A DNA stretch of 64,000 nt from an uncultured Verrucomicrobiae bacterium (GTDB taxonomy: Bacteria; Verrucomicrobiota; Verrucomicrobiia; Chthoniobacterales; UBA10450). The number at the start of each line of letters is the position of its first letter. Position 1 is the first letter of the stretch. Shown here piece by piece: positions 18,532 through 26,279 of the stretch. The stretch is taken from contig OY970345.1 in the NCBI GenBank assembly GCA_963717545.1, positions 2,114,227 to 2,178,226 on the forward strand, read 5' to 3'. The notes beneath the pieces were generated by a model. That model searched no databases, was not told the origin of the DNA, and saw nothing but the letters and a program-made list of their open reading frames with translations. The translations under genes and the position numbers were made by a program.

Positions 18532-19034
18532 TAGGACTGTCCTCCGGTAATTTGGCGTTCGAGCTGCGCGATGCGCGCGCGAAGTTGCTCAACTTCGCTT
18601 GTCTCTTCTGTCACTGCATCGGCATGACCGTGATCGTCATGAGCGAGCGATTCATCCACGTCGGTCCCGTAAGCGAGCTTATGCAGGACCGGCTTCGAGT
18701 AAGCCAGGATCCAGGCGAGCGGCCAGAGGATTCCGCCGAAGACCAGCGACATCAGGCACAGGCATTGGATCAACCGGGTCTGCGGATGCTTCCTCTTATG
18801 GGCGATCTTTTCCGGCAGGATATGGACGAGCCAAAAAAGGACGATGCCGATGATCGGCGCGATGACGATGGCCACCCACGAGATCCCGTTGGCAATGGCA
18901 TCGAGCGTCTCGCCATGGAACATCGAGGCTTGCGCGGATGGCGGAAGCAACGCGGTTGCGCCCACTAGGGCGAACAGAAGCATCGCTCCCCGGCGATGTA
19001 TGCGGGCGGTCAGAATCGTTGGTGGTGCACTCAT
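18531..19034 (-). CDS. DUF3302 (YiaW-like) inner-membrane protein
   Basis: The block FWLVHILPEKIAHKRKHPQ...ILWPLAWILAYSKP parallels E. coli YiaW as I recall it. A C-terminal coiled coil is present. Its stop overlaps the adaptor start by 1 nt. Confidence 0.7.
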   Translation of the reverse strand: MSAPPTILTARIHRRGAMLLFALVGATALLPPSAQASMFHGETLDAIANGISWVAIVIAPIIGIVLFWLVHILPEKIAHKRKHPQTRLIQCLCLMSLVFGGILWPLAWILAYSKPVLHKLAYGTDVDESLAHDDHGHADAVTEETSEVEQLRARIAQLERQITGGQS

Positions 19035-19081
19035 GGGTTTACGGTGCTGCGCGCGCTGGACTTACTCGTTAGGCAAGTCGC

Positions 19082-19516
19082 TTATTTTTTGATTTTCATG
19101 TCGACGCCGCCCACGCCGATCGTGAGGTCAGCGCCTCGCGTCGTCGAAATAACCCGGACCCGAACGCCGTTTTGATTCTTTATGGTCACTGCCGAGCGGC
19201 CGCCGGCGAGGGTGATCCCGGCGCCGACGCCGGTGTAGTTACCGTCAAAGTCCTGAAGTTTCTTCAGATTGAGAACTTCGCCTGAAGTCGTCACGCCGGT
19301 AATCCCGACCTTGCCTAACGACAGTCCCTTTACGGAAATCGGATAGTCTTTTCCTTTGTAGGTCAACGTTCCTTTCCCCCAACTCCAGCCGATCCCAGCC
19401 GCGATCGAACCGCCGCTGAACCGAACCGTGGCATCCGCCGCCGACGCCACCTGAGCGAATCCCGCGAGCAGACCCGACGCTAGTAACACCAAACCAATTT
19501 TCTTTATCTGATTCAT
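19082..19516 (-). CDS. small secreted Gly-rich beta protein, hypothetical
   Basis: 144 aa. The signal peptide ends in AQVASA. The remainder is an alternating Gly/hydrophobic pattern. Confidence 0.6.
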   Translation of the reverse strand: MNQIKKIGLVLLASGLLAGFAQVASAADATVRFSGGSIAAGIGWSWGKGTLTYKGKDYPISVKGLSLGKVGITGVTTSGEVLNLKKLQDFDGNYTGVGAGITLAGGRSAVTIKNQNGVRVRVISTTRGADLTIGVGGVDMKIKK

Positions 19517-19607
19517 AATTGTTTTTCCGGTTTCTGTTCTTGGCAGGATAGGGACTTCCTTCCGCCGATTGTTTGATTGCCAGATTCTCAGGTCGATGCA
19601 GACCGGC

Positions 19608-19623
19608 CTATTGGACTTTGGTC
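19608..19623 (-). promoter_or_regulatory. dyad box, copy 2
   Basis: The plus strand reads CTATTGGACTTTGGTC. It lies 91 nt upstream of ATG 19516 and 10 nt from hairpin A. Confidence 0.45.
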
Positions 19624-19633
19624 GTACTGACTG

Positions 19634-19697
19634 AACAGGAGGAAACAGAGGTAACGGAGGTGAACAAAACCCTCTGCTATCTCTGCTTCCTCCTGTT
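19634..19697. repeat. AACRGAG-type long hairpin repeat, copy A
   Basis: AACAGGAGGAAACAGAGGTAACGGAGG, a loop, then CCTCTGCTATCTCTGCTTCCTCCTGTT; 23 of 27 arm positions pair. It lies just 3' of the SDR stop (19721). Confidence 0.75.
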
Positions 19698-19720
19698 AAT
19701 CCGCGTCCTTTTTTCCACCG

Positions 19721-20491
19721 TCAGCGAGCGGTGTAGCCGCCATCCACAACGAAGACCTGGCCGGTAGCGAACGCGGCGGACTCCGAGCAGAGGAAAACGA
19801 CCATTCCCGCCAGTTCTTCAGGCTTGGCGGCCCGCCCCATCGGCGTGTTGCCCATAAGGTAGGTCCGCATGTGGTCATCTGCGAACCAATGACTGGTCAT
19901 GGCTGTCTCTACTACGCCAGGCGCCAGGGCATTGATGCGAATTCCCTGCGCTGCGTATTCGACCGCGGCCGCCTTCGATAATCCGATCACAGCGTGCTTG
20001 GCCGCGACATAGGAGCTCATGCCAGCCTCGGCAATCATTCCGGCGATCGAAGCGTTGTTTACGATCGCGCCACCGCCGGCCGTGAGCATGTGCTGGATCT
20101 CATACTTCATGGCGAGGAAGACGCCCTTCACATCTACAGCCATCACGTGATCGAACGCGGCTTCATCAACGTCTGCGAGCAAGGCAGCTGCGGGAAGGAC
20201 GCCGGCATTATTGAATGCGAAATGCAATCCGCCGTAGGTCTTGACCGCGGCCGTGATGAGATCGTCGACCTGCTGGGCGCTACACACATTCGTCTCCACA
20301 AAAAGAGCAGTCCCCCCTTCCCGCTCAATCATCTCAACGGTTTCGCGCCCTTTTGGATTCAGGTCACCGATGACAACCCTGGCACCGTGACGGGCAAAAA
20401 GAAGCGCGGTGGCGCGGCCGATGCCGGTGCTGCCACCGGTAACGAGAGCTACTTTATCAGCGATGCCGAGGTACTCGCCACTCCGATTCAT
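19721..20491 (-). CDS. short-chain dehydrogenase/reductase
   Basis: VTGGSTGIGRATA, NNAG, S...YVAAKHA, and the ending VVDGGYTAR. Confidence 0.85.
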   Translation of the reverse strand: MNRSGEYLGIADKVALVTGGSTGIGRATALLFARHGARVVIGDLNPKGRETVEMIEREGGTALFVETNVCSAQQVDDLITAAVKTYGGLHFAFNNAGVLPAAALLADVDEAAFDHVMAVDVKGVFLAMKYEIQHMLTAGGGAIVNNASIAGMIAEAGMSSYVAAKHAVIGLSKAAAVEYAAQGIRINALAPGVVETAMTSHWFADDHMRTYLMGNTPMGRAAKPEELAGMVVFLCSESAAFATGQVFVVDGGYTAR

Positions 20492-20529
20492 CCCGAGATA
20501 GTTCTGTTCAGAAAGAGCATTCCCTTAAA

Positions 20530-20557
20530 CTCTGTTGCCTCCGTTATCTCCTGTTAA
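20530..20557. repeat. hairpin repeat, solo right arm (copy B)
   Basis: CTCTGTTGCCTCCGTTATCTCCTGTTAA, with no matching left arm nearby. Confidence 0.5.
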
Positions 20558-20570
20558 AGTAGTAGCTTGC

Positions 20571-21020
20571 CTAGATGCTGAGTGGCTGGGCTAAGTGAAA
20601 CTCCAGCCGCTTGCCGGCGGGCACCGTGTAGGCGGCGCGCGAAACCGAGATACCGCGCTTCGTCTGGAAGTCGTTGCTTAGTTCGCGGGCGCCAGTGGTC
20701 TTGATCGCCACGACGTGGCCGCCGATCTGCACAGCGGTCAGGTTAACGGTAAGTCGTTGCGAGCTGCTCACCATCCGCCTTGAAGTTTCGATCTTTCCCG
20801 AAAGTTTGGTTCCTGCGGGAAGGATCACCTTTCCGTTTACCGCGACATTATTCGCGAGGCGCGCGCCAAAGGGCGTTCCCTGCACATCGGTGGATGAGAC
20901 TGCGTTGAGTGTTTGCACAACCAGGGCAGTGCCGGCAGGAACCGTCGCGGCCGGTGAGTCATACGGCATCAGCCAGGCGAGCATCGCAAGTCCGACCGGA
21001 ATCAAATTCATCGTCTTCAT
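20571..21020 (-). CDS. hypothetical secreted protein
   Basis: 149 aa with an N-terminal signal-like helix. I recognise no domain. Confidence 0.55.
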   Translation of the reverse strand: MKTMNLIPVGLAMLAWLMPYDSPAATVPAGTALVVQTLNAVSSTDVQGTPFGARLANNVAVNGKVILPAGTKLSGKIETSRRMVSSSQRLTVNLTAVQIGGHVVAIKTTGARELSNDFQTKRGISVSRAAYTVPAGKRLEFHLAQPLSI

Positions 21021-21053
21021 TGCCGGAGTCTGCCGTATCGGCTCTAAGAGCGA

Positions 21054-21069
21054 CTATTGGACCTTGGTC
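21054..21069 (-). promoter_or_regulatory. dyad box, copy 3
   Basis: The plus strand reads CTATTGGACCTTGGTC. It lies 33 nt upstream of ATG 21020, in a divergent intergenic region. Confidence 0.45.
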
Positions 21070-21141
21070 TTATTTGCTGATAAAAGCGGGACAGGCAGGA
21101 TTCACCTGGATGGGACCGCTAAGACCAGGCGGGAAAATCGT

Positions 21142-21906
21142 ATGATCAGTTCACAAGCCATTTTCTTGATCAGCGCCGCCTGCATTTTCGTCGGAGCGCT
21201 CTTCGGGTTGTGGCTCAGCAGAGTGGTTCCTGAGGCGCACCTGCGCGATAACTCGAGGGCCACGGTGAAGGTGGTCACCGGTATGATCGCTACGCTGGCC
21301 GCCTTGGTCCTGGGCTTACTGATTAGCTCAGCCAACACTTTCTTTGATTCGGTCGATACCGCGATCACGCACAGCGGCGCGAGAATCATCCTGCTGGATC
21401 GCGCGCTGGCGCACTACGGTCCGGAAACAACAGAGGCCCGCGAACAACTTAGTCGTACGATTGTCGCCGGAATCGACATGTTCTGGCCAAAAGAGAGGTC
21501 CGAGGGGCCGGGACTCGGGGCCTTCGAGCGGGCGACCGGAATGGAAGAGCTTCAGACGAAGATCCGCGAACTGAAGCCGGCGACCGAGGTCCAGCGCCAG
21601 TTGCGTGCCGAGGCGGAGAAACTCAGCGGCGAAATGCTGGAAGCCCGCTGGCTCCTCATCGCCCAGGCGCAACACGCGCTCCCAACGACGTTCCTCGTAG
21701 TCCTTCTCTTCTGGCTCACGATTCTGCATATCAGCTTCGGCTTGCTGGCGCCTCGAAATACCACGGCGATTACCATGCTTTTCATCAGCGCGTTGTCGGT
21801 GTCGGGCGCAATGTTCCTTATCCTGGAGATGTATCAGCCGCTCGACGGTATGATCAAAGTTTCCAGCGCGCCTTTGCGCAAGGCGCTGGAACTGCAAGGC
21901 CGATAA
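21142..21906 (+). CDS. DUF4239 (bestrophin-like) membrane protein
   Basis: The true start is taken as ATG 21142 (MISSQAIFLISAACIFVGALFG). The topology is two N-terminal helices, a helical soluble middle and two C-terminal helices. The longer ORF from 20674 overlaps the minus-strand gene. Confidence 0.5.
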   Translation: MISSQAIFLISAACIFVGALFGLWLSRVVPEAHLRDNSRATVKVVTGMIATLAALVLGLLISSANTFFDSVDTAITHSGARIILLDRALAHYGPETTEAREQLSRTIVAGIDMFWPKERSEGPGLGAFERATGMEELQTKIRELKPATEVQRQLRAEAEKLSGEMLEARWLLIAQAQHALPTTFLVVLLFWLTILHISFGLLAPRNTTAITMLFISALSVSGAMFLILEMYQPLDGMIKVSSAPLRKALELQGR

Positions 21907-21950
21907 GAAACATCTTACAGCCGCCTTCGCTCATCGACTTTAGCGGGCCG

Positions 21951-22037
21951 CCAGGGAGGAATACGGAGGAAACGAGGTCTGCATCCGATTCCTCTGTTGT
22001 CGGCACCCGCTCGCGCACGCACGTCTTACTCCTGTTA
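21951..22037. repeat. hairpin repeat, degenerate copy C
   Basis: CCAGGGAGGAATACGGAGGAAACGAGG ... CCTCTGTTGTC ... TTACTCCTGTTA. The right arm is interrupted. Confidence 0.4.
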
Positions 22038-22058
22038 TTCTCGGTGAAGCTAGTCGGA

Positions 22059-22688
22059 TCAAGTCCCCGATGGATGCGGATCGTTCGGGGTTGCCACGTT
22101 ATGTTTCGCGAGGACTTTGATAGAGCCCATCCCCCATTGCTGTTGGACGGCGGTGATATCTGTAATGCGGACATTGAGGAGGCGGACAAGATCTTTACGC
22201 ACGATCTGCACGTTGCCGCTGGCGGAGTTGGGGGAGCCTGGGATAAAAACGGTTAGCCGGCCGTCGCCGTGGTCCTCGATCACGAAAACAAAACACTCTA
22301 TTCCTGGATCGACGGTCAACAGGCCAGACTTAACCACGCCCTCCCCCCGAGCATCAGCGAGGCCGCCTACGATGGCTCGCACGGCGGCGTAGCCCGGAAT
22401 GCGAAAGAGCAGTGTCCCCTCGAACCAGCGACTCGTAGCCTGGCCACGGCGCGAAGTCATCGCCAGGCCGAACAAAAATGAAACGCTAACCACGATCAGG
22501 ATCGCGAAGATGATAGGAAAATGGGCCGCCCCCGATTCTTCTCCGGCAAGCTTTGCCATGATCGACTGCGCTGCCGCACGCACGCCCATCACTGCTTTTC
22601 CCAGGAGGCCAAGCACAACAAACAAGGGTAACACGACGAATAGCCCGCCGATCGTGGTGGTTTTAAGAAATGCGGCTGCCTGTTTCAT
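22059..22688 (-). CDS. DUF502 membrane protein
   Basis: Two TM helices, followed by the block VFIPGSPNSASGNVQIVRKDLVRLLNV recalled from DUF502. Confidence 0.6.
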   Translation of the reverse strand: MKQAAAFLKTTTIGGLFVVLPLFVVLGLLGKAVMGVRAAAQSIMAKLAGEESGAAHFPIIFAILIVVSVSFLFGLAMTSRRGQATSRWFEGTLLFRIPGYAAVRAIVGGLADARGEGVVKSGLLTVDPGIECFVFVIEDHGDGRLTVFIPGSPNSASGNVQIVRKDLVRLLNVRITDITAVQQQWGMGSIKVLAKHNVATPNDPHPSGT

Positions 22689-22746
22689 GATGGTCTCAAA
22701 GAAGCGTCTTCCTCAGTGCGATTCTGTCGCCCCGTCAAATAACAGA

Positions 22747-22762
22747 CCGTTGGGCCTTAGCC
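22747..22762 (-). promoter_or_regulatory. dyad box, degenerate copy
   Basis: The plus strand reads CCGTTGGGCCTTAGCC. It lies 58 nt upstream of ATG 22688. Three core mismatches. Confidence 0.25.
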
Positions 22763-22904
22763 GGACGGACTTTGCTTATCTCCCAGCATCGGCATGGACC
22801 TGGGGGTCGGCCCGCGGTTTAGAAGTGATGTTCTCTGGAATACCGATGATGGTCTATCGGAGGAGCTGCTCCGATCTCCGTGTTGCCGGCGGGAGGAGCG
22901 CGCC

Positions 22905-24539
22905 TTATTTCGCGCCGCCTTCAGGTTGTTGAAGTTTCTCCATAACGGCATCGAGCGAGAAACTTCCCGGCTTCTGCCGCGGTGGGAAATCCTTGTAGGT
23001 CATGAGATGCTGGAGCACGAAAGCCTGCGCCGGAACAAAGACGAAAGCGTGGTCGATGCGCCAGCGCTCCCATGCGCCGCTTTCCTCCGCCTGTTCGAAC
23101 GGATCGGCCCGGAGATCAAAAAGTTTCGGAAACCGCAGCGGGACCAGTGGGTCCGCCCAGACGTTGAATCCGTGGGCGCGCTGTTCGAGAAAGACCACCT
23201 TCCACCGGTCGTAACGCAGACCGGCGAGCTCTCCGCCATCGGTCCAGTAGAAAAATTCCTTTCGCGGGTCCGGACCGGTCCCATCGAGGAGCGGGCGCAG
23301 GTCGTAGCCGTCCAGGTGGACCTTGAAGTTCTTGCCCCCGGCCTGATAACCGGTCAGGAGTTTCTCCTTCACGTTCGGTTCACCGGCGGCGGCAACGAGA
23401 GTCGGCAGAAAGTCCTCGTGAGAAGTGATGCCATTGATCTCGGTGCCGGGCTTGATCACCCCCGGCCAGCGCATCACAAACGGCGAGCGATAGCCGCCTT
23501 CCCAGTTCGTGTTTTTCTCGCCGCGGAAAGGCGCGGTACCGCCATCCGGCCAGGTCATGAGCTCGGCCCCATTGTCGGTGGTCCAAACGACGATCGTATT
23601 GTCCGCGATCCCCAATTCTTTGAGTTTGTCCAGGAGTTGACCCACCATGTCGTCGAACTCGGTCATTCCATCCGCGACAATCCCGAGCCCGGTCTTCCCT
23701 TCACTGGCCTTCTTGAGATGGGTAAAGATGTGCATCCGTGTCGAGTTGAACCAGAGGAAGAACGGTTTGCCGGCCTTGTTCTGCCGGTCCATGAATTCAA
23801 GGGACGCATTGAGTGTTTCCTCATCGATCGTTTCCATGCGCTTCCGCGTCAGCGGGCCGGTGTCTTCGATGGTCTGCTTGCCGATTTTTCCAAACCGCGG
23901 ATCGACCGTGGGATCGTCCTTGTCGCTCGCCTTGCACTTGAGCACGCCGCGTGGGCCGAACTTCTTTTTGAACTCAGGGTCTTTCGGATAATCCGGATGT
24001 TCCGGCTCATCCTCGGCGTTGAGGTGATAAAGATTGCCGAAGAACTCATCGAACCCGTGCATCGTAGGCAGGTGTTCATTGCGGTCGCCGATATGGTTTT
24101 TGCCGAACTGGCCGGTGGCATAGCCTTGGGCCTTGAGCAGCTCGGCGATCGTCGGATCCTTTTCAGAAAGACCTTCCTTCGCGCCCGGCATGCCGATCTT
24201 CAAAAGGCCGGTGCGCAAACATGACTGGCCGGTGATGAAGGCCGCGCGTCCCGCCGTGCACGACTGCTGCGAGTAATGATCGGTAAAGATCGCGCCTTCC
24301 TTTGCGATCCGGTCGATGTTCGGCGTCCGATAACCCATCATGCCGCGGTTGTAGGCGCTGACGTTCCAGTAGCCGATGTCATCGCCAAAGATGACAAGGA
24401 TGTTCGGCTTGCCCGCCGTAGCCTCGGCAGAGGAGGGTTTTTTCGCGGAAGCCGGCGCCGGTGATTGCGCATCGGCAGGTGAAGCCAGGAAACACGCCAG
24501 CGCGAGGCTGAACGCAGTAGTGAGTAGTTTCGTTTTCAT
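22905..24539 (-). CDS. arylsulfatase (Cys-type)
   Basis: Start taken as ATG 24539 (MKTKLLTTAFSLALACFLASPADA). NILVIFGDDIGYWN and the FGly motif SCTAGRAAFITG are present, with a large sulfatase fold and C-terminal domain. Confidence 0.85.
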   Translation of the reverse strand: MKTKLLTTAFSLALACFLASPADAQSPAPASAKKPSSAEATAGKPNILVIFGDDIGYWNVSAYNRGMMGYRTPNIDRIAKEGAIFTDHYSQQSCTAGRAAFITGQSCLRTGLLKIGMPGAKEGLSEKDPTIAELLKAQGYATGQFGKNHIGDRNEHLPTMHGFDEFFGNLYHLNAEDEPEHPDYPKDPEFKKKFGPRGVLKCKASDKDDPTVDPRFGKIGKQTIEDTGPLTRKRMETIDEETLNASLEFMDRQNKAGKPFFLWFNSTRMHIFTHLKKASEGKTGLGIVADGMTEFDDMVGQLLDKLKELGIADNTIVVWTTDNGAELMTWPDGGTAPFRGEKNTNWEGGYRSPFVMRWPGVIKPGTEINGITSHEDFLPTLVAAAGEPNVKEKLLTGYQAGGKNFKVHLDGYDLRPLLDGTGPDPRKEFFYWTDGGELAGLRYDRWKVVFLEQRAHGFNVWADPLVPLRFPKLFDLRADPFEQAEESGAWERWRIDHAFVFVPAQAFVLQHLMTYKDFPPRQKPGSFSLDAVMEKLQQPEGGAK

Positions 24540-24600
24540 AAGGTCAAGATGCGGTTGGATAAGATCGCTCCGCCACAATCTGAAAAGAAGCGCGCCGTGA

Positions 24601-24616
24601 ATATGGGACTTTGGTC
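24601..24616 (-). promoter_or_regulatory. dyad box, copy 4
   Basis: The plus strand reads ATATGGGACTTTGGTC. It lies 61 nt upstream of ATG 24539 and 10 nt from hairpin D. Confidence 0.45.
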
Positions 24617-24626
24617 CTATGCGAGA

Positions 24627-24685
24627 TTAACAGGAAACAACTGAGGCAACGGAGTTCGCATTCCGATCTGTGAGGTTTGTTCGCG
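24627..24685. repeat. hairpin repeat, copy D (right arm degenerate)
   Basis: TTAACAGGAAACAACTGAGGCAACGGAG ... ATCTGTGAGGTTTGTTCGCG. Confidence 0.5.
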
Positions 24686-24768
24686 TCGGTCATAGTTAGT
24701 GTCGGACGACGGTATCGCGGACTACAGATCCCAGAAACCTAGCGATCTCTTCTGCGTCTGTTTGTTTT

Positions 24769-26217
24769 TTACTTACCAAACTCCGTGAGCTTCACCGGCT
24801 TGGGATTGGGATACTTCTCCAGGGTCTTTTGATAGTCCCCGATCACCTTGAGATACGGACCGATCACCCACGCGCTCGTGCCGAGGGCGTTGTTCTCTTC
24901 GCGCGGGTCGGCCTCGATATTAAAGATGGCGGGGAAACCATTGCCTTCCTGCCGGACCCCGGCCAAACCGGACATCGCCGGATTGCCGGACGAAGCGGTG
25001 AACGGCTTTGGGTAGATCCGATAATTGCGCCAGCGCACCGCCGCGACTTCTTCGCCAATGAAGGTGAGCAAACTCTCGCGGTTCGATTTTTCCTGTTTGC
25101 CAGTTAGGAATGCACCCTGGTCCACGCCGTCAATGGGCCGGTCGTTAGGCACTTTCGCGCCGATCAAACCAGCGAGGGTCGGGAACCAATCGTGGACCGA
25201 GATCATCTCGTTGCTTACGCGCGGCGTAATCTTGCCCGGCCATTTGATCATGCCGACAGTGCGGACCGAGCCTTCCAAGGCATCGCCTAGTTCGCCGCGG
25301 AAAGGTCCGTTCGAACCGCCGCGATCTTCGCCTGGGCCCTGGGTCGGTGCCGCGGCGTTATCGGAAATCCAAATGACGATCGTGTTGTCCTCCATGCCGG
25401 CGGCTTTGATCGCGTCGAGCACCTGGCCGGTGCGATAGTCGAGTTCCATGATGGCATCGCCGTAGTTGCCGATACGCGATTTACCGGTGAACTCAGGTGC
25501 GGACCGCGAAGGATAGTGAGAGTGCGTCCACCCAACGTAGAGGAAGAAAGGCTGCTTCACTTTTGCCTGACGTTCGATGAACTCGACGGAGGCTTTGGCA
25601 ATGTCGCCTTCGACCTGACGCCGGTATTCCAAGGTGTAGGGCCGCACCTTCTTCAAGTTACCGTTCGCTTCTGATTCCCAGATGTAAGGCTCGGCCGCGG
25701 CGATAGCGGATTCGGGCATGCCTGCGCGTGACATGCTCTCGCGATACAAAGTACCGTCGGTAGTTTCGAGGACGCCGACGTGATACTCGTCAAAACCCTG
25801 GTGGGTCGGCCAGCTCTGCTCGCTCGCCCCGAGATGCCATTTGCCGGCCATGGCGGTAGCGTAGCCCTGGCTCTTGAATAGCTCGCCCAGCGTGACCTCG
25901 CTCGCCTGAAGCGTATTGGGAGTATTCGCGATGATGACTGTGCCAAGTCCTAATCGCTGCGAGTAGCGCCCGCTCATCAGCGCCGCGCGCGAAGGTGTGC
26001 AAGCAGGTTCAACGAGGTATTGCGTCAGGCGCAGTCCTTCGCTGGCGAGCTTGTCAATCCGCGGAGTCGGCATGCCTCGCACCTCCCCCGCCCCATAGGC
26101 GCCAAGGTCACCGTAGCCGACGTTGTCGCCCAGCATGATGACGACATTGGGTCTATCGGCGGCTATGGCTGCGTGTCCCAGCGTCAGAAGCGCGGTCGCG
26201 AGGAGTTTGGCTTTCAT
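24769..26217 (-). CDS. sulfatase (Cys-type)
   Basis: Signal peptide; NVVIMLGDNVGYGD; FGly motif ACTPSRAALMSGR. Confidence 0.85.
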   Translation of the reverse strand: MKAKLLATALLTLGHAAIAADRPNVVIMLGDNVGYGDLGAYGAGEVRGMPTPRIDKLASEGLRLTQYLVEPACTPSRAALMSGRYSQRLGLGTVIIANTPNTLQASEVTLGELFKSQGYATAMAGKWHLGASEQSWPTHQGFDEYHVGVLETTDGTLYRESMSRAGMPESAIAAAEPYIWESEANGNLKKVRPYTLEYRRQVEGDIAKASVEFIERQAKVKQPFFLYVGWTHSHYPSRSAPEFTGKSRIGNYGDAIMELDYRTGQVLDAIKAAGMEDNTIVIWISDNAAAPTQGPGEDRGGSNGPFRGELGDALEGSVRTVGMIKWPGKITPRVSNEMISVHDWFPTLAGLIGAKVPNDRPIDGVDQGAFLTGKQEKSNRESLLTFIGEEVAAVRWRNYRIYPKPFTASSGNPAMSGLAGVRQEGNGFPAIFNIEADPREENNALGTSAWVIGPYLKVIGDYQKTLEKYPNPKPVKLTEFGK

Positions 26218-26279
26218 GACGTCTCGACAGGAGTTCGCGGGCCGCTCCTCGTGAAACGGTCCACATAGTTCACAACCCG

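Noticed and set aside
20674-21141. Long N-terminal extension of the DUF4239 ORF (410-aa version)
   Set aside because: The extension overlaps the minus-strand secreted-protein gene and dyad box 3, and it is compositionally junk. ATG 21142 gives a sensible membrane N-terminus.
22794-24224. 476-aa ORF antisense to the first sulfatase
   Set aside because: It is fully nested opposite a gene with strong family motifs. Its composition is Arg/Leu/Pro-rich, typical of antisense frames in high-GC DNA, and it has no recognisable domain.
26227-26272. Mini hairpin (ACAGGAG...CTCCTCGTG) followed by GGTCCACATAG as an inverted copy of the box/hairpin cassette
   Set aside because: Only the outermost few bases of each module match. 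It is too short and too degenerate to distinguish from chance without a genome-wide model.
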